A stretch of DNA of 64,000 nucleotides from Macrostomum lignano (Eukaryota): contig NIVC01002856.1 in assembly GCA_002269645.1 (NCBI GenBank), positions 62,001 to 126,000 on the forward strand, in the 5' to 3' direction. Below the pieces are notes generated by a model. The model was not told where the DNA came from and did not search any database. It saw only the letters and a list, made by a program, of their open reading frames with translations. Shown in pieces: positions 36,455 through 48,634 of the stretch (position 1 is the stretch's first letter; each line of letters begins with the position of its first letter). Position numbers and translations under genes: made by a program.

Positions 36455-38365
36455 TTTCCACACCATCTCCGATAAGATGCCTTTTCCACACCATCTCCGA
36501 TAAGATGCTTTTTCCAAACCATCTCCGATAAGATGCCTTTTCCACACCATCTCCGATAAGATGCCTTTTCCACACCATCTCTGATAAGATGCCTTTTCCA
36601 CACCATCTCCGATAAGATGCCTTTTCCACACCATCTCCGATAAGATGCCTTTCTACACCATCTCCGATAAGATGCCTTTCTACACTATCTCCGATAAGAT
36701 GCCTTTTCCACACCATCTCCGATAAGATGCCTTTCTACACCATCTTCGATAAGATGCCTTTCTACACCATCTCCGATAAGATGCCTTTCTACACCATCTC
36801 CGATAAGATGCCTTTCTACACTATCTCCGATAAGATGCCTTTTCCACACCATCTCCGATAAGATGCCTTTTCCACACCATCTCTGATAAGATGCCTTTTC
36901 CACACCATCTCCGATAAGATGCCTTTCTACACTATCTCCGATAAGATGCCTTTTCCACACCATCTCCGATAAGATGCCTTTTCCACACCATCTCCGATAA
37001 GATGCCTTTCTACACCATCTCCGATAAGATGCCTTTCTACACTATCTCTGATAAGATGCCTTTTCCGCACCATCTCTGATAAGATGCCTTTTCCACACCA
37101 TCTCTGATAAGAAGCCTTTTCCACACCATCTCCGATAAGATGCCTTTCTACACTATCTCCGATAAGATGCCTTTTCCACACCATCTCCGATAAGATGCCT
37201 TTTCCACACCATCTCCGATAAGATGCCTTTCTACACCATCTCCGATAAGATGCCTTTCTACACTATCTCCGATAAGATGCCTTTTCCGCACCATCTCTGA
37301 TAAGATGCCTTTTCCACACCATCTCTGATAAGAAGCCTTTTCCACACCATCTCCGATAAGATGCCTTTCTACACTATCTCCGATAAGATGCCTTTTCCAC
37401 ACCATCTCCGATAAGATGCCTTTTCCACACCATCGTTTTTCCACTTACGTTTTCGGAGATGGCTACACCATCTCCGATAAGATGCCTTTCTACACCATCT
37501 CCGATAAGATGCCTTTCTACACCATCTCCGATAAGATGCCTTTCTACACTATCTCCGATAAGATGCCTTTTCCACACCATCTCCGATAAGATGCCTTTTC
37601 CACACCATCTCTGATAAGATGCCTTTTCCACACCATCTCCGATAAGATGCCTTTCTACACTATCTCCGATAAGATGCCTTTTCCACACCATCTCCGATAA
37701 GATGCCTTTTCCACACCATCTCCGATAAGATGCCTTTCTACACCATCTCCGATAAGATGCCTTTCTACACTATCTCCGATAAGATGCCTTTTCCGCACCA
37801 TCTCTGATAAGATGCCTTTTCCACACCATCTCTGATAAGAAGCCTTTTCCACACCATCTCCGATAAGATGCCTTTCTACACTATCTCCGATAAGATGCCT
37901 TTTCCACACCATCTCCGATAAGATGCCTTTTCCACACCATCTCCGATAAGATGCCTTTCTACACCATCTCCGATAAGATGCCTTTCTACACTATCTCCGA
38001 TAAGATGCCTTTTCCGCACCATCTCTGATAAGATGCCTTTTCCACACCATCTCTGATAAGAAGCCTTTTCCACACCATCTCCGATAAGATGCCTTTCTAC
38101 ACCATCTCCGATAAGATGCCTTTCTACACTATCTCCGATAAGATGCCTTTTCCACACCAACTCTGATAAGATGCCTTTTCCACACCATCTCTGATAAGAT
38201 GCCTTTCTACACCATCTCCGATAAGATGCCTTTTCCACACCATCTCTGATAAGATGCCTTTTCCACACCATCTCTGATAAGATGCCTTTTCTACACCATC
38301 TCTGATAAGATGCCTTTTCTACACTATCTTCGATAAGATGCCTTTTCCACACCATCTCCGGTAAG
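36455..38365. repeat. 27/28-bp minisatellite (ccacaccatctccgataagatgcctttt)n, about 68 copies with a 221-bp higher-order unit
   Basis: The variant gaagcc occurs at 37111, 37332, 37839 and 38060. The array is interrupted at 37435-37462. Confidence 0.95.
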
Positions 38366-39611
38366 ATGATATTAGATATAATAATTTATAATATTTATGA
38401 TATAATAAATATTTTTCAAACGAATAACTACTACTTTAAACAAATATAATTTTGTAAAATTATTCCGCTTAAAATATACGATCGTATACTCAGTCACTTA
38501 GGTGGTATTTTCTTTCAGCGCAAAATGATCATGAGGCTTCTTTGTTGGAGTGAACTCTTTAGCCCTTTGAAGAGTGCGTGTGCACCAAAGATGAAGAAAA
38601 GGAAAGGATTGCCAAGGGCTATGTAATGTAGGGATATACCTACCTTCCTGCAGTCTTACTGGAACTAATTTTGTAGATGTGAACTTTAGGTGCCGCTTCT
38701 TGGGATTATCTGCGAAATGTCTTACACTGTTTGAGCTGAGTTGCAAAAACTACAGTTTGCATTAGTGGTATTTCCCTGAAAGTACTGGTGCCTGGAAAAT
38801 CAGCCGTGACCGGAGAGAGCCATGATAGCAGCCGGGATGTCTCTTTGCGAAAGGCTTATTAGAAGCTTCCGGAGCTGATTAGAGGGTTGAGGGACAGCGC
38901 CTTTGGACTGCCTGCCGGTAGAAAATTTCGCCCAGATTGAGAGATGTTGGGTCTTGATCTACGGCCCAACGGAGGATCCAGTGGCGCCCTTTGATTACCA
39001 CGCGCCCGGGCACTCATTTAAGGGTGATTTAGTCTGTGAATCCCTGTTGAATTGTAAATAAAAAAGATGTACCGGCCAATGACGCTAGTGACGAGAAACT
39101 CCTGCGGCGCAGGAGCTGATGGCAAGGACTACGACTGTATCGGCTCTACTATGACGTTTTCTCGACATACGATTGAAAATGTCTTTCGGTCGTTAGACTC
39201 CGTGATTTTGTGCCGAATATGTATTTCTAATTTCGTGACATTCGAGTCTAAATTTAGCGTGATGATGATTATGAATTTCTTCAACCTGGAAATTCCAGAA
39301 GAGCAGAGGTGCATTTTTTGTCTCGCCAGGTGTGCACAAGAGGAGGTGTATAAATTCAAAGCGACAGTTAATTCTGCAAATAGCTGTGGATAGCCTAAAA
39401 ATAGCCCCATGATGTCTTGGCAGCAATGCCAAAGTACGCACAAACGATAGAATATTTATATACTGTCTTCTCTTCTGTCCGTCTGTCTCATTTTACAAGG
39501 AAACGCCATGGACTAACGGGGGATTTGCAAGCCTAGCTCAATATATTATAATTGATGTCTTCATTGCTCCCGGAGTCTCCTATTAGATTCAGCCTTAACT
39601 CGCACGCCGAT

Positions 39612-42149
39612 ATGCCAAAAGACCCGATCGACGCCTGGCTGCTGGACCGGCTGCACAGCGGCGATTTCGCCGATCTGCGATGGTTCAACCAGCAGGAGGG
39701 CCAGTTCCGAGTCGACTGGCCGCACGGCAAGTTGAAGGCCTTCAACAGCGAAGAGGCCGCCCGTCAGAGCATCTTTGCTGCCTGGGCTCGGTACAGAGGC
39801 GCTTGTGAGTCTGACTGGCCGTTTAGCGGGTTTAACTCGGGAATAATAATAAACAATAATAACTGATTACACCTGCCCTAATGGCCACATGTGCAACCGA
39901 CAGCTCAGCCGCAGCTATTGCGCGGCACATCTGAAGGCTGCGTACGGCTGTTCAGTCCAAGGACTGGGGGGGGGGGTGGGTCGCCACACAGACCCTTAAT
40001 TACCCCAGCTAATGCTGGCACCCATTTAACAGCTGGGTGAACTGAAGCAATGCAGAGTTAAGTGTCTTGCTCAAGGACACAAATTGTTCCAGTGGGATCG
40101 GGAATCGAACCCCCGACCTTCAAGTCGCAAGTCCGACGCTCTGACCACTAGGCTACAACCCCCTAACACGGGAACAAGGACCACTAAAAGCTACCGTTTA
40201 TCTGGACGTAACACTCGCGTTCGATGGAAAAATATTGGAAGGCTTGAAAATGCTTCTGTTGTTCCACTAATAAATTGTCAATACCCCCTTCAAGACTTTC
40301 AATATGCATAAAAACCTGATGTGTGTTTGACTAAATGGGTCGATCTACTATTTTTCTATAATTTTTTTTGCTAACACCTTTTAAGCGAAGTTGAGCCTCC
40401 TAATATGCTTCCATAGAACGCGAAAGTCATGGCGGCAACGGTAACTTTGGGCGGTTCTTGAATTAGGGAACATCTTCCCATTGGTACTGAAATCGATTGG
40501 TGCTGAATTTGTTACACTAAACTCAAAAAGAATTTATATTAGTTATCTGTTCTTAGGCTCTTATCTCACCCCATGCCGACAGGCAGGTAGAAACAATCAT
40601 CAGAGAATTTGCATCCGCTTTTTTACTAGCAACAGTTTTACTAGCAATCAGGTTTAGTTTCCTAGGGTACTGAGTAAGGTGACAGTTCCCATAGCCAGAA
40701 CTCACAGCAGGCTACAGCATCTCTGGCCTCATCGCCCAATCGTAATTTACAGGGTCAGTGTCTTGGGGGTCGGGTTTCAGTGGGATCAATCGAACGACAC
40801 GAAAAGCCCCATGTTAAGTTGCATACACGAACAAACCTTAAATCAATGAAATCTCGCGTGGAATCAAACCCTGAGCGATTCTTCGAGAGTGAACTCCTCG
40901 AAGATCGCAGAAGCCGCCATTGCGAGCTCCTCTTTTGCTGGCTAGGGGCGGGCACAGCCCAAAGGCCCGTCCTGGTTTCAGCCTGGGAAGTAGTAACTGT
41001 CTCGGGTTCTATGCTTGGCATGAACTATTAACACCCAGCTGCTCTTTCTCATTGAATCAGCCTGTCCGTTACTTACTGACCTGGTTGATGGGAGCTCAAA
41101 TCGTGCTGAAAGCCTTCCTTCCTAGAGATCTAACCTTCGTCGCCTGTGAAGAGCCTGGAATTAAAAAAATCTCAAATCTCTGAGGTCAAGTTGTGACGCA
41201 CCCGTGGCATCTTCACCGATTTCTGTACTTTCGGAACTATAACAGTCTAAACAACACGAGAGCCCGTGAGGGAAATTCCAGTGCATAGAGTGACTTGAAA
41301 TTTCAGCTGTTGCAAAAGTTTTATGACATCGCCTACTAACGAGTAGCGAGAAGAGAAAGCAAAGCGACGCCACTTTAACCGTGTCTACGGTCAAGTCCTC
41401 CAGCTCAGTGTGACTAATGCAGGCTAACAATTATTAACGACTAAGAAACCGGTCGCTAAACTAATGCGAGTTTCGCATCTCACTTTTCGGCATTCATATT
41501 AAAGGTCACAGAGTGAATTTCTTTCACAGAGGATTTCAGAAAGAGTTTGCAGGAGGGCTGCGAGCACTCTGGCGCAGCGCCTTCAGCGACATCGTCCCAC
41601 AACCAGCGCTGGCTCCTGAGCACATACAAGCGCGCCAATGCTGTACACAGGCCCGCACTCATACACGCTCACACAGGGTGTACAGGTCTAACTTAGAAAA
41701 AAGGTTGGCTCTCATGTCTGTGAATCTCACGACAACCCCTGGTCAATTTTCAAGCTCAAATAAATGCGGCCACCAGGGGTCGTGGTGCGAGAGTCAGATG
41801 CGTTTGCCATTGAGTTTCTCTGCCCTTAGCCTAATGTGATACAGTTTTTTAAGCACGACCATGTCCATAATAGTAAGCACTTTAATATTACAATCTGCAG
41901 CTCAATAAATGAATAATATCTCAAACCTACTGCTCACCAAACTCAGGCGCCTCCGGTCACAAGCGAAGCTACTCGGTCCTGAAGCAGACTTTCCGCTGCG
42001 CGCTGAACGGCAACCGGCGCGTCGAGTTTTGCCCGGCCGAGAGCGGCGCCGCCTTCCGTGTCTTCCGGTTCGTCGGCAACAGCAGATTCGACTCCGGCAC
42101 GGGCCTGACCATGGAGTTCGAAGACTTCCTCCGGGGATTGGTGGAGTGA
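39612..42149 (+). CDS. IRF: Interferon regulatory factor (IRF-B), DNA-binding-domain-only protein of about 131 aa
   Basis: Exon 39612-39804 reads MPKDPIDAWLLDRLHSGDFADLRWFNQQEGQFRVDWPHGK...IFAAWARYRG. Exon 41947-42149 reads SYSVLKQTFRCALNGN...AFRVFRF...FEDFLRGLVE*. The phase-1 GT/AG junction fits. Confidence 0.88.
39870..40160 (+). mobile_element. CORE/MIR-like SINE (or L2-type 3' end) in the IRF-B intron
   Basis: cccatttaacagctgggtgaactgaagcaatgcagagttaagtgtcttgctcaaggacac followed by gggaatcgaacc...ctgaccactaggctac resembles MIR/CORE-SINE core and tail sequence (recalled consensus, not searched). Confidence 0.55.
41530..41690 (+). mobile_element. Dispersed repeat family copy in the IRF-B intron
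   Basis: High local similarity to the 21800-21955 (-) copy. Confidence 0.6.
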
Positions 42150-43724
42150 TGACTCAGCCAAATGTGAATAAACTTCCGAGTGACCCCTGCCTATCGAATA
42201 TTGCTGAAAAATTGATAAAACTTGCATGCTCATGGTTGTGAAGATCATTGCAACTTGTTAGCATCAACCATCACTTGTTAGCAAGGGGATCAACAAGAAT
42301 CTCATGAACACCAGAGCAAATGGCGACAACGATATCCATGAGAATCTCAGTTTTTAGATTTTGTTTCCGACCAGTCCTCTACCGGATAATGCCATAGCAA
42401 GTGCTAGGACTAGGACTAACAAGTACAAGTTGCTAAAGATTTTCAATTTACACGTTTTTATTACTTGCCATTGCCCCGTCTATAAATATAAGTTTAAGTT
42501 CAATTTACAGTTTGAACTGAATGAACTTCACCAAACTTTACTCCATACTCCAGACCAGGAGACATGTTTTGCATGGATTCTCTAGCACACTTCAAACTCA
42601 TTGAACTACTCGTATTTCACATGGAAGTGTTTGTGAATTCTTCTATGTCTCAAATAAACAGCAAAGAGGTGCATTTCACCTCTTGTCGTTCGATGCTGCG
42701 AGAAAAGACTGTGGGCCCGTTCTATAAAGCCATCGTAAGATAAGATCGTTCTTAGCTCCTATCTCCGCCGTGTAAAAGTTCCGACGTACGATCGAACTTA
42801 AGCTACGACAGCTTTATACTACGACCCCTGTTTCTCTTCAAGGCTACTCCAATAGCGAGTGCATTAGCAGCTCAAAGGATCAATCAGTGGCCTCAAGGTG
42901 GGGATTAAATTCGAAGATGGGATCACCTGCGCACGGGATCCGGGTTGCATGAGCAGTTGCTTGTTCAGCCGTCTCCGCGGGAACAAGAAATTCTCAATGG
43001 ATTCTGACCTCAACAATTCTCTTTGGTTTGGGAAACTCTTCAAACAAACAGCAGAATTCATCATCTTCCCTTTTCTTCCCGCCCCATCCATTTGGTCTAA
43101 TGAATCAGGCGGGATGTCGGTAATGTTTCAGGCCTGCTCAGACTCGGCTCCTGATCAAATTAATTCTGACACCATATCGACCTTTGAGCAACATTGAATC
43201 GAACTGCTTCTTGGCTTTTTCGTTTCATAAAGTTTTCTGTTGCAGAAACATCTCTACTGATCGTGACCCGAGACTAAGAGAGATCTTCGCGAATCTTTAT
43301 TTTTTCGGATATTCTCTACTGAGATCATTTCCGGAGGAAATCTCTGAGCGGAGACGATATTTCGTCTTCAACTTTACGACAAATTTAATGCCTTTTCAAG
43401 TTGGTAAAAGCTGCCAGAGTTTATGGCTGAGCTCTGCTCGGTAGCGCGCGGTGAAAAATGGAGTCAAAAGTCGAACTACGAGTAAATGAAAAGCTTCGCT
43501 TCGGCCAAGCTAAAATTAAAGGGAGCGGGGGAAACTTCAATAAAAATTTTAACCGCGTGTGTATCTCGGGGGGGGGGGTTCGTCACGCTGACGATTCAAT
43601 GAATTCAGATTTCGTTGGCGCCTCAGAAGAATGCTTTGCATCGAACTGGTTTTTATTGAGGATAAAAAACTGGATAATGAGGTCATTTAAAGCATTCGAT
43701 CTTCTCAAAGGAATCGCAACAGTC

Positions 43725-44082
43725 AGGGATTCTAGCTTAAGTGTCAGGGATTCCAGCTTGAGTGTCAGAGATTCCAATTTGAGTGTCAGAGGCTCCAATT
43801 CGAGTGTCAGGATTTCAATTAGGGTGTCAGGATTTCAATTAGGGTGTCAGGATTTCAATTAGAGTGTTAGGAATTCAATTAGAGTGTCAGGAATTCAATT
43901 AGAGTGTCAGGATTTTAATAAAGTATCAGGATTTCAAATCGAGTGTCAGAGATTCCAGTTTTAGTGTCAGGGGTTCGATTTTGAGTGTCAGAGATTCCAG
44001 CTTGAGTGTCAGGGATTCCAGCTTGAGTGTCAGGGATTCCAGATTGAGTGTCAGGGATTCCAGCTTGAGTGTCAGGGATTCT
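43725..44082. repeat. Mixed 21/19-bp minisatellite (gagtgtcagggattccagctt / agagtgtcaggatttcaatt)
   Basis: Direct periodicity, with a 19-bp block in the middle of 21-bp units. Confidence 0.85.
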
Positions 44083-44389
44083 GACACCCAAGCAGTTGCC
44101 CCCCCCCCAAGCAGTTGCTTGTAAGTTCTGATTCGTTTTGGCCACTGCGGGCCAATAGAGCACTCGATGCGAACTGTATGCTATCTACCGCAGTAGTCAA
44201 GAACAAGAGGACTGGCATTGTGCGGCACTTTTTGAAAAATAGCTTTCAAATTTTCCAGGTAGCACGGAAAACCGATACCAGAGAAAGGTGAGTCGAAAGT
44301 GAAATAAAATACCCAATATTTATGCATTCTGTGTTTCTGGGACGTTATAAATCTAGCTACTTCCTGAGCACCTGCTTCCCTCAGTGCTG

Positions 44390-44545
44390 GCAGTTCCGCC
44401 TTCATCCTCACCGCCGGTTCCGCCTTCATCCTCACCGCCGGTTCCGCCTTCATCCTCACCGCCGGTTCCGCTTTCATCCTCACCGCCGGTTCCGCCTTCA
44501 TCCTCACTGCTGGTTCCGCCTTCATCCTCACCGCCAGTTCCGCCC
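44390..44545. repeat. 24-bp minisatellite (ccgccggttccgccttcatcctca)n immediately upstream of the GPCR ATG
   Basis: About 6 copies read directly. Confidence 0.9.
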
Positions 44546-44565
44546 TCACCGTTGCAGCTCCGACA

Positions 44566-46569
44566 ATGCCATCAGAGAAAAACGTCACCTTCAACGATGC
44601 CAGCCAAGCGGCCATCTGGACGGCTTTCTCAGCCCTGATGATCGTATCAATCGTTGGCAACGGCGTTGTGGTCTGGATAATCCTGGCGCACGCCCAGATG
44701 CGCAGCGTGACGAACATCTTCCTGCTCAACCTGAGCCTGTCGGACATTCTGCTCTGCGCCCTGCAGGTGGTGCCGAACGTCTGCTACGCGATCGTCAGCT
44801 CGTGGAAGTTCGGCCTGTTTTACTGCCGACTGTCTAATTTTATCACAACCTTCTCCATTTCTCTGTCTGTTTTCACCTTTATGGCTATCGCTATTGAGAG
44901 GTAAGCTTCAATAAAACCTGTGAGTATTGAATTTCATTTTAGCATTCTGAATTCGGAGCTGGGCAGAGCAGCTCAGCCGGGTTCGATTCTGCACTCGGGG
45001 GTCGTATTAAAAAAGTGGCCTGAGGGCTTGTCGTATGATTCTTGTCTACGAAGACGGAGTGGCCTCTGAGTCACCGAGCGTACATGTCTGACAAAGAGAA
45101 AGTCAAGGCCGTGGCGTTGTACACCTGTGAGTGTGCTTGGGTACGTATCCGTGGGCGTGCTCAAGGCGTCAGCGGGTAGGCCAGGACTGGCTGATGAGGG
45201 CCGACTGTCGCATTGGATTTGCTGATGCGACCGAAGCCCTCCTACGAATTGACTTACTACTCTTAGCATCCTGCCTTAAGCCCAGTACTAAAAGCTAACG
45301 CAGTCGCTCATTCTAATCACTATCAAGGTACATGGTAATCGTCTATCCACTGCGCCCCCGGCCAAGACGTGGCACCATCATATCCAGCCTGGTTTTCATC
45401 TGGGCATTCAGCACCCTCACAGCTGCTCCGGTGGCTTGGAACAGCAACATTGTGGACGAGCTGACAGGCTCCGTGTCCTGCAAGATGGAGGAAAACATGA
45501 CAAGGACGTGAGCAGATTCTATTTTAAATTAAGATTCTACTCATATTTTAAACATCTGTTGAATGTTTTGTTAACTACAGATAAGTACATTAGGAATACG
45601 TATCAAACCGTCCAGGTACAACTGGATTCTGCTGACGCTGCAGTGCCTGGTGCCCCTGATTGTGGTCGGATTCACCTACATTGTCATCGCTATCCGGCTA
45701 TGGAAGCAGCAGCCAATTGGCGAGCAGGTGTCAACACATCAGGCTGAGAATATCCGCGCCAAGAGAAAGGTGGTTTAGGCAAAGTTAATGAACACTTACA
45801 AGCATAAAAATTGCCAACAAGATGCAAAATGCACAGACTTTAAAGAGTGAAAAAAGCAGTGACACTTGACTTTAGAATTTAGAAATTTTAAAGGTGCTGT
45901 CGATAAAACAAAAAGCCATCGAATTCCTCGCCTCGCAGATTGTAAAGATGATGATCATCGTAGTGCTGATCTTCGCACTCTGCTGGATCCCCTACCAGTT
46001 GATGTTCTTCACCGTGAAGGAGGCTTGGCAGTTCATCATTCTGTACTTCATAGCCGTGTGCAGTACTGTGCCCAACCCGTTTATCTACTGCAAGATGAAT
46101 CACAAGTAAGCCAATCACCCAAACATGTAGGGCGTATCAGCCTGGGGCACTAAACTACGAAGCAATTAAAAATGACTAGGTTGGTCATAAGCTCGAATGG
46201 TTTCTCTGCAGCTTTCGCCTCGGTTTCAAGCGGGCCTTCGCCTGGTGCCCGTGCGTCACAATCGACATGGAGAAGTACAAACTGCTAAGACAGCGCCGGC
46301 ACACCAACTTCGCCTACAGTTTGACTAAGAGCGAATCGCGAGCGCCTCATCATCAGTCTCTGTTTCTGGCCCAGCGCCAGCACCAGCCGCAGCACCAGCT
46401 GCAGCAAAGCCTGTTCGCTCGCGAGCGCTCCCGTAGAATGCAGTGGTCGAAGAATCTCGGCACCAACTGTCCGAACGAGGCGTTGGCCAATTCGACTGCC
46501 TCGCTGTCCGTCATGGTGATGGTTGAAGCGCCCGCTGCTGCCGGCGCCGCCTCTGGAAGTCGCGTGTGA
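44566..46569 (+). CDS. TACR: Rhodopsin-family neuropeptide GPCR, tachykinin-receptor-like
   Basis: Exons 44566-44900, 45328-45507, 45616-45769, 45939-46105 and 46212-46569 are in phase. Motifs: GNGVVVWIILAHAQMRSVTNIFLLNLS, AIERYMVIVYPL, RAKRKIVKMM, CWIPY, NPFIY and FRLGFKRAFAWCP. Confidence 0.88.
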
Positions 46570-48634
46570 AGAAGGCGACAGAGTTCGGAGTTTCGGGACA
46601 AAGTGGACAGACGGTCAGACCTGACCATATGCTGAACTGTTATCATTTACCATTCATCACGTCTGCATGTCTCTATTATACAGCTCTTACAGTGATTTTA
46701 TCTATGCTTTAATTTTCGATGTTCAAGTAGTCACCAATGATTAAACAATATTCTAAACCCGATTTTGTCTTGATTTGTACAGTACAACATGGGTGTTGGA
46801 TCCTTTTGCTCGCTAATAAGCTTTTAACAGCTCCCAGTCAGCAGCTGACCCTCCGAATTTTAATGCTTGTTGTGCCCAAAAATATCAAAAATCCAATTTG
46901 GCTTGAAGACAAGTCTTTGTGCAACCCTTTATTTACCTACTTATCCGAAAATACAAAGACTTGATACCGTATGCCCAACAAAGCGAAATAATTTTATGTT
47001 GTGCAAGCGGCATTGCGGAAAAACTTTTTGTTCTATTGTTTTTATTTCCTAAATTTAGCTACACGAGCTTAGAGAGAAAACTTCATCATATTTACTATAC
47101 TATTGAGTAGAGAGGTAAGTTTATAACATATTTAAATTTGAAACGAACTGAAAAAAATTCTTCGCTGTCAATTGTATTTAGCAAATGGAAGGCAGGACGG
47201 GTAGGGCGGTTGACCCAGTCGCACGTTGTGAAGGCTGTGAAGACTTTTTATCTATTTTGCCGATTAGTTCGCTGGGTTGTTCGGCTTTGCTCATTTAGCT
47301 TACTAAGCTTATTGAGATCAGCTGTGCTGCGCCAGAGCTTGAGTGTGAGCGAAGTGCTCAAACAACTATTTCTATGCCTGCAATCGGCTGTAGCGTTCGT
47401 TTCTGGTCGTGTTTCGCTTCGCTGCATGGGGAGAAGGGGCTTCAGGTGGACAACAGGCTTCGCTAGAGCTGAAAATGTTATCTCCAAGGCCAGCCCTCCG
47501 CCGCCTTGTCGCTGCACACCTATTTGCTTTAACAGCGGCGTGTTCCCCCCTCCCCCGGAGCCAGAGCCTGCCCGCCCTCCCCAGACTGGGGCATGCTCGA
47601 GCAGCGCTGTGCTTCGCTGGCGACCTGTCACTAAACACCGACCTGGGGGGGGGGGTGGGTGCATGGGTGGGTGGAGTGGTGAGGACATGGGAAGGCTCAT
47701 TCGGCCCGTTCCATTAGCCCGTATGCCTCGGCCACGTGCCTCACCTATGCGAACGGCCTAATTCTGTTCCTCTCTCTCCCTCTGTGTGTTTCTTATCCCG
47801 GTTTTTCACACAACTGAGTTTGGAAGAAGCAAAGCCCATAGCAAATTTTGCCCTCTGAGCCAGCCTGTTCAGCGAGTCACTGGAGTGAATCGAGGCGTCA
47901 CAGAGAGACAGGCAGACAATACAAAGCTGGCTACAAAAGCTCAAAGCATGCAGCAGCAGTGACGCGACAGGAAAAAAATTGCTTGCAGAAATCAGTGCCC
48001 CCAAAGACAGTGTTGGCCCAGGTAAGCAGTTCGAAGAAACTTCCAAGCGAAGTGAGTTTTTGATTGGAAGTTTATGTTTATTCATGTCAATATGTCAGCT
48101 TGTCTAGACCGCAAGATAGAGCTGAACAATGCCTGGTTTGTGCTGCCCCGCATTGTAGCAAGTCAGTCAGTGAGTAGAAGTAGGCAGCCATTGGCTCAGC
48201 TAGGAAATCCCATCTTCCGGGAGGAAAGCTTTAAATTGGCAGAGACTGCTCCAAAGCTGTTCGAATATCCTCATTAGAGAAAAATTCGTTCCCGTCAGTG
48301 GAGGTCAATTTCTGTCTGACATCGTCTTCACTCCGAGGTAAGAGAATCTAAAATTACAAAATAAATTAGCTTGTAATATGCTTACCGTTCCAAGAGAGAG
48401 AGAGAGAGAGGGGTGACATCGGCTTCATGTCCGTCGCTTGTTCGAGGCTAGAATCGAAAATTGTTCTTAAATAATTTACAAACTATTGCAGTAGCTATGG
48501 CAATTACTGGGTTCAGCGAAAGAAGCGGTTCATTAAAATTTTAGTGTCAGAATTTATTCCTCATGAGCCTACAATTGTGAATCTCAACTGAAACCTTCCG
48601 TGTGAATTCAGAGGACCGAAGTCAGCCCGTAAAC

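Noticed and set aside
36397-38355. Multiple WKRHLIGDGVE ORFs
   Set aside because: They are frame-hopping translations of the 27/28-bp array.
40095-40160. tRNA gene (gggaatcgaaccc, resembling a T-arm/B box)
   Set aside because: No cloverleaf or acceptor stem is evident; it fits a SINE/LINE tail.
47138-47761. 207-aa ORF upstream of the PDE
   Set aside because: Low-complexity, non-ATG start and no recognisable domain; more likely PDE promoter or 5' UTR sequence.
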